The notes under the pieces were generated by a model, which had not been told where the DNA came from, searched no databases, and worked only from the letters and a program-made list of their open reading frames with translations. Below, piece by piece: positions 37,361-47,082 of a stretch of DNA of 64,000 nucleotides (its first letter is position 1; the number at the start of each line of letters is the position of its first letter). The translations under genes were made by a program, and so were the position numbers. The stretch is from Carcharhinus longimanus (taxonomy: Eukaryota): contig JASCQW010000132.1 of assembly GCA_030264375.1 (NCBI GenBank), positions 95,899,851 to 95,963,850 on the forward strand, read 5' to 3'.

Positions 37361-37970
37361 AAAAGGACGCAGCACCACCTCCAGGTACTTTTCAAATGGT
37401 CACACACCATTCTGGCTTGGGATAACATCATCAATAATTTATTGCCACTGCAGTAAAAGCTTGGAACTCGCTAACAGCACCAAGGAAGTACCTTCTGTCA
37501 GATTGTACCTGTTCAGGAAGATAGTTCACCCACCACCTTCTCAAGGGCAATGAGGAATGGTCAATAAATGTTGGCCTTGCCGTCAATGCTCATATCTCAT
37601 GAATGAATAAATAAAACAAAGTAAAAGACAAGTGAATGTTTTTGTTTTAATTCAATTTTACTGAATGCTGAACTGTACATAGCTAAAATAATAGAGTACG
37701 AACCAACTAAACTGAAAACTTAATTAATCAGATCACACTGTTGATGACTGTGGCTTTTTCCAGTCACTAAGGTCTAGCAGAGAGCCTCTCACACTCAGAG
37801 TAGTTTAGAAGCAGCTTCAAGGTTTATCTTCAGTCACAGAAATCTCAGTGAGGTTGCAAGTCTGCAAAATGTTGCCTACTTGAAGTATAAGGGAGGATAC
37901 AACATTGCAAACAGTATGGAAAAGGTAAATCTGGAAGTAAGCTAAATCAAAAATTAAAACTAAATTAAAA
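37361..37970 (+). repeat. Arm of an inverted duplication (partner 41760-41935 plus 44084-44635); includes a family-B LINE tail at 37361-37612
   Basis: Collinear reverse-complement similarity across both the LINE tail and the adjacent non-LINE sequence. Confidence 0.85.
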
Positions 37971-38482
37971 TGTGAAAATAGAACAAGAGGAAAGAAATTA
38001 TAATTAATGAGAAGCAACTCTATGACTGATACCAGAAAGTTTTTTTTTGAAATAAAAGCAGATAAATTTAATTTTTGGCATAAAATGTTCAGTTTTGAAT
38101 CAGCTGCCTACTATATACTCTACCTGAGATTGCCTTCTGTTAACTTCAGTCTAAATTGTCTGAGCAATCAGATCCCTGCCAAAAGTTAAAATGACCTCCC
38201 AGTGGTGATGATCAGTTGGAGTAGGTTCCTAGGTAGAACGAATGAATGCTACAGTGGATGGAATTTAACATCAACTTAGCTGAATGGCTGCACTCATCTG
38301 TAATCTTTATTAATCTGTGATATTTATTTTGAAAATTATTTTCATAGCCTTCAGTTTTGTTATTCTATTTAAACTGCATCAAAATTGCTGTTTGAAATTA
38401 TAACTGATTAATTGCATTGAGCCAGATTTTCTAGTCAAGTTGACAGTGAGCCTAATGGTACTTATGCACAAGTGGAACCAAG

Positions 38483-39431
38483 GGGGCAATCTTACTGGCT
38501 TGTCCCGCCAGTTGATCGGCATGGCAAGCCGGCAAGATTGGGTGAGAGGTGAAAAATTGGGTTTGAGCCTAGATTTTCACCTTTCACAATGTTACTGGCC
38601 CAGATTTGCCAGCAAAATCAATATTCATCAGTTCATTTAAGTATAATGAGTGAGTCTCAGATGTTATCGTCTAGACTAACATGCCCTTTCCTGCTCACTG
38701 GTAGATGTCTTCACTGGCTAGGAACATATATGATCCCCACCAATAGTGGCGAGGCACAGTGCCAGCCTAGCACTGCCAGCCTGACACACAGGTACTGCTC
38801 ACTAGGTACTCTGGCACTGCCCAATGGGCACTGCCAAGAGGCCAGAGCTCGAGGAGGATGGGGTCTGAAGGAGAGGGGCCATGTGAGGGGAAGCAGATGG
38901 GGGAGCTCCATTGGACATGGAAGGGAAGAGGGGACTCTGTAATCTGGAGGTTTGGGAATTAGCTGNNNNNNNNNNNNNNNNNNNNNNNNNNNNNNNNNNN
39001 NNNNNNNNNNNNNNNNNNNNNNNNNNNNNNNNNNNNNNNNNNNNNNNNNNNNNNNNNNNNNNNNNGTTTGGGAATTAGCTGGCGTGGCGATTGGTGGGAT
39101 GGTGTTCAGCTGGTGTGGCGATCGGGGGAGGGGGTGATTATGGAGGATGGAATGATGTCCATTTTGGGGGGTGGGGGGCAGCAGAGAGTGACAGAAATCC
39201 TCCTAGTGTACTTAGGGTGATTAGGGTGCCTGTGCACCCTTAGAGCTCAGCAGCTGGGTTCCTGGTGTGAATGGGCTCTGTCCCTCCCTTCCTGGTGACA
39301 ATCGCACCCTGGAACTTTTTTTTCCATGTACCGTACGATTGCAACTGGGAGCTCACCCAAAAAGTAGTATGATTCTCTTCCATTTTCACACTAGTTTGGC
39401 ACTTACAATTTTTTTTTGGTAAGATCGCCTC
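38483..39431 (+). mobile_element. Non-autonomous Harbinger-like element with TIRs and TGCCA-rich interior
   Basis: TIRs ggggcaatcttac / gtaagatcgcctc. An inverted sibling copy lies at 57809-58565. Confidence 0.75.
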
Positions 39432-39849
39432 ATACCTTTGGGTAAAGCGTATCTCCTTCTTCAACCACCCAATCTCATTTACAGTTTATTCTCAGTGCTT
39501 CTGCTGTTAATTTCATAATCCTTCAATGTGATTGCTTGCCCACATTACTCAGATCTCAAATGTTCAGTTTCCCTCATAACAACATTGTCACTGGGCTCTT
39601 TAGAAGCACATGGCCAAAAATGTTTTGAAAACCTAAATATGCAAGACCTGTTCCAATATAATAGTTCATAGGCATTTGTGTTGCTGGTACCATGTTGTAT
39701 CGTTAATAGAATAATTCTATAATTGATGTATTCATTTAATTATTCCTAATTGCCTAATTATAATGTCCATCATACAGCACTATAATTGCCCTACACTGTG
39801 AAATTGTGCATTGTTCCAGTTAATGACTGATGCTGTATCATTATGTTAA

Positions 39850-40200
39850 ATGTCAGCTTGGATCATTGGCAGCACTGTTGGACTTGAAAGCAAAGCTTCT
39901 AGACTCATTTTTCAATTCAGGACTTGGATACATGGCTGGAATTCTCTGGCTGTTCACGCCAGCGGGCTCTCTGATTCTGCTGCAGTGAATGGAGATTTGA
40001 CTGAATGCCACATTCTCCATCCACGCTGGCTGCAACAGTGGGACATGAACGGCTAGAAAATTCTGGCCATGTCCTAGCTTGATAGTTTTGAGTGTTACAT
40101 TATTGTAAGAGTTATCTTTCAAATGGGCATATTAAACCAATGTTCAGATTAACTTAAAAGATTCCACGCTACAAATGGAAGGAGACCAGAGGAATTCGTA
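39850..40200 (+). mobile_element. Ancient Deu-domain-like SINE remnant split by a MITE
   Basis: tatctttcaaatgggcatattaaaccaa...taaaagattccacgctac...ggaaggagaccagaggaattc resembles the Deu-domain consensus (gtctttcggatgagacgttaaaccg...gtaaaagatccc...gaagagcagggg). There is a degraded tRNA-like head at ~39855-39930. Confidence 0.4.
39932..40070. mobile_element. Short MITE with clear TIRs
   Basis: atggctggaattctct ... agaaaattctggccat. Core shared with the 17880 and 60522 copies. Confidence 0.8.
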
Positions 40201-40712
40201 AACACAGGTATAACAGGTTGAACAACCCTACCGAGCATTTCAGCAGGTGAAACGCACTTCTTTGGATTTCACAGTCAGTGATAAAGAAATGGCTCTCACT
40301 GTTGGCCTCAAAGAAAGTTGCCTACACAGATCTAGCAACTTTGTGGCATAGGGGTTTCCTTTCTTGATGTCAGTTTGAATTTGCTGCCAAGCCAAAGGGA
40401 TCTTCAGACATCAGTCAGAAATAATGTGATCAAACAGGGTAAGTAGTCAATCATNNNNNNNNNNNNNNNNNNNNNNNNNNNNNNNNNNNNNNNNNNNNNN
40501 NNNNNNNNNNNNNNNNNNNNNNNNNNNNNNNNNNNNNNNNNNNNNNNNNNNNNNNNNNNNNNNNNNNNNNNNNNNNNNNNNNNNNNNNNNNNNNNNNNNN
40601 NNNNNNNNNNNNNNNNNNNNNNNNNNNNNNNNNNNNNNNNNNNNNNNNNNNNNNNNNNNNNNNNNNNNNNNNNNNNNNNNNNNNNNNNNNNNNNNNNNNN
40701 NNNNNNNNNNNN

Positions 40713-40787
40713 NGACGGCGGCGCGGGCTCGTTGGGCCGAAGGGCCTGTTTCCCGTGCTGTGTTGTTCTTTGTTCTTTGTTCTTTGT
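40713..40787 (+). mobile_element. CR1 3' tail after a gap
   Basis: ggcgcgggctcgttgggccgaagggcctgtttcccgtgctg + (ttctttg)n. Retains CpGs, so probably young. Confidence 0.8.
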
Positions 40788-40799
40788 AAAAGGATTGGA

Positions 40800-41060
40800 T
40801 TGGTGATTTATTTTTAACTGGTGACCGGGGAAACTCAGAAGAAGCATGGAATTACTGACAGCAATTTCTACATTTCATTGTGCTTATGCGGACATCCAGA
40901 AATTGCTGACAGTTTGAAAGAATTGACAGCTGTTAAAATGAATTATATATAAAGTAAAACTAATTCTGCAGGCGTTGTAAGAGATCAAATGTTGGATGAG
41001 ACTAGTCCTGGTGTATAGCAGACATTGCTCACTGACAGTTTGTGGGATAGATGACAGGCA
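40800..41060. promoter_or_regulatory. Candidate enhancer: homotypic TGACAG (MEIS/TALE) cluster
   Basis: TGACAG at 40856, 40907, 40924, 41033 and 41052; TGATTTAT at 40804; AGATCAAA at 40982. Non-repetitive context. Confidence 0.45.
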
Positions 41061-41944
41061 TATTGGGCATAGGATGGATAGATTGGACACAGTATGGGAA
41101 TACAACTGTATAAATAGAAGTAGCTGTGAGATAAAATAATAGGAGGTAAGAAAACAAAGGCTGTGATTGATAACCGTGATTTTTCATGTAAACAGAATAC
41201 TGAACTAAAGATAGCTGGCATAGCTCAGATACATCTCAGAGAAAAATATCAAGAGCATCACTTGGCACTATGTGGCCATGTGTTAACTAATAGTATGTAG
41301 GAAACATTGATATGATAGCATTACATTGGGAAAATGCAATCAACAGTACATAAGCTTTGACAGGCATGGGGTTCCTTAGAGGCCTAATTTATTGACCTGT
41401 CTCTCTGAGTCTTGTAGTTAACTTGTATTAGCATCCTGATTATTCAGTTGCGCATAATTTTCCCAGGTACCCCTCTCATGACCACTGACTAGGCCGTATC
41501 TTCCTTCGAGTGACAATTAGCATTGAATTGTCACTTGGTACCCACTTACAGGCACCAAAGTACTTCTGAGTTGAGGAATTGGGTCAGAGGGGTTTCCAGC
41601 TAGACTGGGGCNNNNNNNNNNAGGGGTCCGGTCAGAGGGGGTTGGGAGATTCAGCCAGGTCAGGTGTTTGGGCTGTGTTTTGGGGGTCTGGTCAGAAGGG
41701 GAGTCCTGTGGGTTGGTGTGGGAGGGGAGCCCCGAGCAGGTGAGGTGAGTTGGAGGATTGGGTTTTTTTTAAATTTTAGTTTTAGCTTATTTCTAGATAT
41801 ACCTCTTTCTTACTTATGCAATATTGTGTAATCCCTTGTTCTTCAAGAACAAAGTGCGCAACATTTTGCAGATGTTGCACAAAACTGAGATTTCTGTTAC
41901 TTAATCTTGAAGCTACCTTTTTAACTTTTTTAATAATTTACAGA

Positions 41945-44083
41945 ATATGGGCATCGCTACTTAGACCAGCATTTATTGCCCATCCTTAGTTGCCCTTGGG
42001 AGGGTGGTGGTGAGCTGCCTTCTCGAATTGCTACAGTCCTTGTGGTTAGTATATCCACAATACTGTTAGGGAGGAAATTCCTGGATTTTGACCAAGCGAC
42101 AGTGAAGGAACAGGATTTCCGATCAGGATGATCAGCGACTTGGACGGGAACATTCAGGGGGGTGATGTACCCAGCTATTTGCTGTTTTTGTCCTTTTAGA
42201 TGAAAGCAGTCATGGGTTTGGCAGATGTTGTTTAGGGAGTCTTGGTGAGTTCCTTCAATGAATCTTGTATATGGTACATACAGCTGCCACTGTGTATCAG
42301 TTTGTAGAAGGGTTGGCATTCAAGAGCGCTGCTTTGTGCTGGATTGAGATTCTTGGGTGTTGTTAGAGGCACCCATCAAGACAAGCGGAGGGTATTCATT
42401 ACACTACCTTGTACATGGTGGACATTGTTTGGGGAACAAAAACAGAAAATGTTGGAAAGTCTCAGCAGGTTTGACAGCATCTGTGGAGAGAGAATAGATC
42501 CAATGTTTTGAGTCCGGATGACCCTTCATCAAATCTTTGTTGGGTCAGGAAGAGTGAGTTACTCACTGCAGGATTCCTAGCTTTTGATGTGCTCTTGTAG
42601 CCACAGTATTTATATGGCTACTCCAATTCAGTTTCTGGTCAATGGTAACCCCACTGATATTGGGGATTCAGTGATGGTAATGTCACTGAATGTCAAGTGG
42701 CAATGGTTAGATCCTTTCTTGTTGTAGATAGCCGTTGCCTGGCATTTGTCTGGCATATATGTTAATTGTCACTTGTTAGCGCAAGCCCGGATATTGTTGA
42801 GGTCTTGCTGGATTTGAACATAATCTACTTCAATAACTGAGCAGTTATGAATGATGCTGAACATTGTGCAATCATCAGCGAACATCCCCACTTCTGACTT
42901 TATGAGGGAAGNNNNNNNNNNNNNNNNNNNNNNNNNNNNNNNNNNNNNNNNNNNNNNNNNNNNNNNNNNNNNNNNNNNNNNNNNNNNNNNNNNNNNNNNN
43001 NNNNNNNNNNNTAGCAGTTATGAATGATGCTGAACATTGTGCAATCATCAGCGAACATCCCCACTTCTGACTTTATGAGGGAAGGAAGGCTATTTGTGAA
43101 GCAGGACATTAGCCTGAGGAATTCCTGGAGCTGAGATGATTGATATCTAACCACCATAACTATCTTTCTTTGTACCAGGTATGACTTCAACCAGTGGAGA
43201 GATCTCCCCCGATTCCTATTGACTCCAGTCTTGCTAGAGTTCCTTGATGCCACACTCCGTCAAATCTGCCTTGATGTCACTTTCATCTCACCCCTGGAGT
43301 TCAGCTGTTTTGTCCATGTTTGAACCAAGGCTGTAATGAAGTCAGGAGCTGAGTGACCCTGATGGAACCCACTGACATGTCAATGAGCAGCTTATTGTAA
43401 GTAAGTGCTGCTTGATAGTGTTGTTGATGAGCCTTTCCATCACTTTATTGATGATTGAGAATAGACTGATGTGGCAGTAATTGCTCAGTCAGATTTGTCC
43501 TGTTTCTTGTGTACAGGACACACCTGAGCAGTTTTCCACATTGTCAGGAAGATGCCAATGTCGTGACTGCAATGGAACAGCTTAGCTAGGGGTGCAGCAA
43601 GTTCTGGAGCACAAGTCTTCAGTGCTATTGCTCAGTCAATAGCCTTTGCAGTATCCAGCACCTTCAGCTGTTTTGTGATATCATGTGGAGTAAATTGAAT
43701 TGGCTGGCGACTGACATCTGTGATGTTACGGACCTGCCAAGGAGGAGAAGTTGAATCATCCACTCAGCACTTCTGGCTGAGGATTGTTGCAAATGCTTCT
43801 GGGTTTTCTTTTGCATGGATGTTCTGAGCTCTTCCATCATTGAGGATGAGGATATTTGCGGAGCCTCTTCCTCCAGTAAGTTGTTTAATTGTCCATTCAT
43901 GGCTGGATGTGGCAGGACTGCAGAGCTTCAATCTGATCTGATTGTTCTGAAGTTGCTTAGCTCTGTCTATTACTTACTGCTTATGCTATTTGGTGCACAA
44001 TTAGTCCTATGTTGCAGCTTTACCAAGTTGACACTTCTTTTTGTAGGTATGCTTGGTGGTACTCCTAGCATGCCTCCTGCACT
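41945..44083 (-). mobile_element. Family-B LINE, ~2.1 kb 5'-truncated copy (RT + 3' end)
   Basis: Minus strand LHWLKSYLVQRKIVMVV..QSSQ; LPSLIKSEVGMFADDCTMFSII; tail gggcaactaaggatgggcaataaatgctgg. Confidence 0.9.
42433..42533. mobile_element. Penelope-like terminal fragment (second family) inserted in the LINE; carries a degenerate hammerhead motif
   Basis: aaaaacagaaaatgttggaaagtctcagcaggtttgacagcatctgtggagagag... The minus strand reads tTGATGAagggtcatccggactcAAAACatt. Confidence 0.7.
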
Positions 44084-44389
44084 CTTCATACTGTTTGCAA
44101 TGTTGTATTCCCCCTTGTTTTTCAAAATGCACAACCTTTTGTAGACTTTGAACAAAACTGAGATTTCTGTGGTAGAATATAAACCTTGAAGCTGCCTCTA
44201 AACTACTTTTGATGTGAGAGGCTCTCCTCTATATCTTGGTAACTGGAAAAAGCCACTGCTCTCAACAATGTGATCTGATCCATTTAGCTATGAGTTCATT
44301 TGGTTTGTACTCCGCTTTTTTAGCTATGTGTGTTTCAGCTTCCAGTAAAAATGAATTCAAACAATAACATTCAATTGTCTTCTATTTTA

Positions 44390-44775
44390 TTCATTCATGA
44401 GATATGAGCATTGCTGGCAAAGCTAACCATTGTTGACCATTCCTCTTTGCCCTTGAGAATGCGCTGGGTGAACCATCTTCCTGAACAGCTGCAGTCAATC
44501 TGACAAAGTATTCCTTGGTGCTGTTTGTGAGTTCCAGGGTTTTATTGCCATCACAATAAATGATCAATGATGTAGTCCCAAGCCTGAATGGCGTGTGACC
44601 AATTGAAAGGTATCTGGAGGTGATGCTGCTTCCTCTTCCTGTTGTCCTTGTCCTTACAGGAGGTAGAAAAGCTGAAGATTTGCCAAATGTTATCAAAGAA
44701 ATCTTAATGAGTTGCTGCAATGCATTTTGTAGATCTAAGACATTGCAACCACAAGAGTGCCAGTGATGGAGGGCG
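44390..44775 (-). mobile_element. Family-B LINE 3' tail (within the inverted duplication)
   Basis: ttcattcatgagatatgagcattgctggcaaagctaacc...gcccttgag...tgagttgctgcaatgcattttgtagat. Confidence 0.8.
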
Positions 44776-45469
44776 NNNNNNNNNNNNNNNNNNNNNNNNN
44801 NNNNNNNNNNNNNNNNNNNNNNNNNNNNNNNNNNNNNNNNNNNNNNNNNNNNNNNNNNNNNNNNNNNNNNNNNNNGTGAATGTTTTTAATTGCTGAACAC
44901 AATCTGTCTTGAACACACCAGCTTCATATTTTAATGGAGGCTGTGCCAAGATTAGACACACTCTTAAGAGCCATTTAAATATTAATTACATGATTGTTTC
45001 TCTGTTCCAGCTTTAACACTAGCCAGGTAGGAGCCTCAGGCCTGTTCAGCTTTACGCCAAAGGCCACACTTAAGGAGATGTTTCATTCCATAAATGTTCC
45101 CAGTTAACATTATGAACAATTTCATTTTCCCAACCGGCCGTTCCCCTCCTAACCTTGCAAAGAGTGGTGGGGATGGGAATGGAGGTAGTGAATCATCATG
45201 TACAATGCCAATGCCATCTTTTTTCTGGTTTCTGTACAGATCCAACCCCAGCAATGAAAATCTGGTGCAAGGGCTAAAAACTGAACATTGAATGGCCCTA
45301 AACATTCAGCAAAAAAAAATTGTGACTCAACTTTTTGACTGTAATACTGAAAACATGTTCTCCAAGCCAAGCCGTGTCACTAACCAGCCTGTTCCAATAA
45401 AGCTATAATATTGGTTTCTACCTGATAATGCAAGTAATTCACCTTCTGACTTCCCAAAGCCAATCCACC

Positions 45470-45962
45470 ACCTACAAGGCATTGCAGAATGCCCTCCGCT
45501 TGTCTGGATGGGCAGCTCCAATAATACTGAAGTTCAACACCATTCAGGGCACAGCAGCCCTTGCTTCACACAGCATCCCCAAACATTCACTCCCTTCAGC
45601 AGAGGCAGCAGTGTGTACCATACCAGAGTCACTGCAGGTATTCAGCAAGACTCCCTAGACAGCATGTTTGAAGCCCATGACTAATACCATCTAATAGCAC
45701 AAGGGTAGCAACCAATGCGTGTGAGTACCACCATCTGCAATTTCCCTTTAAGCTACACTGATTTGGAAATCTATCATTGTTCCTTCACTGTTGCTGGGTC
45801 AAAATCCAGGAACTCCCTTCCTAACAGCGCTGCAGGTGGACTTACAAAACATGGACTGTAGTTCAAGAAGGCAGTTCATCGCCATCTTCTCAAGCGCAAT
45901 TAGGAACAGGCAATAAATGCTGGCTAAGCAGCAATGCCCACATCCCATGAACAATATTTAAA
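45470..45962 (+). mobile_element. Family-B LINE 3' end
   Basis: cttgtctggatgggcagctccaata...gggtcaaaatccaggaactcccttcctaacagc...caataaatgctggc...cccacatcccatga. Confidence 0.85.
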
Positions 45963-46484
45963 AAGTGATGTAAATCAGGTAAATTTAAAGATCTAGCCAT
46001 ATTGGCAAGCTAGGGAGAAAGTAAGTTTATAAGGGAAGTGGATGGGATTTGTGGGAGTTGGGGGTCAGGTTGGACCTGTAGAGGGGAGGTAAGATTGGGT
46101 GGTGGGTGTGGGAGTCAGTGATGTGGTATTGGGCTGGTGCGCGAATTTAGTAGTAGTGGGAATTCTTAGAGTGGCAGAAGTGTGTGGAGGAAGTCCTATT
46201 CGGTTGGCGGGGGGAGTTGGGGGAATTCCATGGGAGGGTATTCGTGGGTGGGATGGCGGGGAGTATCATGCAGAAGTAATCGGTGGGGGGGGTAGTGGGG
46301 ATTTGGTGGGTGTCCCATGTGAGGTCAGGGGAGGAAAATACAACGGTTACCTAGAAACTGGAATCAGTTATAATTCTTCTAACCTTTCCTGTGTATTTGT
46401 TGTTGGAAGACAGTCAGAACCATCCATCACGTTTTTGCTTGCAAAATTATCAGCCATAAATACAAGATAGTTAACAATAAATTC

Positions 46485-46830
46485 AATAAGGAATTCAGGA
46501 GAAATGTCTTTACCTAGAGAGTGGGGAGAATAATGGAATTTCTACAGTACAGAAGGGGGTCATTTGGCCCATCGAGACTGCACCGACTCTCCAAGAGAGC
46601 ATCTTACCCAGGCCGTATCCCTGTAACCCCATGTACTTACCCTGCCACAACAGAATGCTTGATGAAAATAATGCAGATGCATTTAATTGGAAACTAGATA
46701 AGTGCTTGAGAGAGAAAGAAAGAGGAGAATATTTTTGATCAGGTGAAGAAAGAAAGAAATAAGTTTCTGTCAGGTATTAACACATTCATTCTTATTGTGT
46801 TAAATGACCTGTTACTGTGCAGTAAATTTC
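46485..46830 (+). mobile_element. Degraded CR1 3' end with inserted SINE tail
   Basis: ataaggaattcaggagaaatgtctttacctagagagtgggg...gcatttaattggaaactagataag...aaatgacctgttactgtgc. Confidence 0.65.
46535..46645 (-). mobile_element. HE1-type SINE 3' part
   Basis: Reverse complement of 46965-47078. Confidence 0.85.
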
Positions 46831-46887
46831 ACGATAAAATCATTTAATCTGCAGTGTTACATTCCTTTTATATTACCCCAGGGCCCA

Positions 46888-47082
46888 TAGATGCGCAGGT
46901 TAGATGGATGGGCTATGCTAAATTGCCCTGTGGTGAATAATGATGTGTAGGTTAGGGGGATTAGCAGAGTAAATACATGGGGTTACAGGGATATGGCCTG
47001 GGTAAGATACTCTGTTAGAGAGTCAGTGCAGTCTCGATGGGCCGAATGGCCTTCTTCTGTACTGTAGAGATTCTATTATTCT
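46888..47082 (+). mobile_element. HE1-type SINE, 5'-truncated
   Basis: gatgcgcaggttagatggatgggctatgctaaattgccc...ctcgatgggccgaatggccttcttctgtactgtagagattcta. Confidence 0.85.

Noticed and set aside
37764-37924. Plus-strand exon-like segment (ttttccag ... AAG|gtaaat)
   Set aside because: All frames from the best acceptor hit stops, and the segment belongs to a decayed triplicated unit whose other copies have indels.
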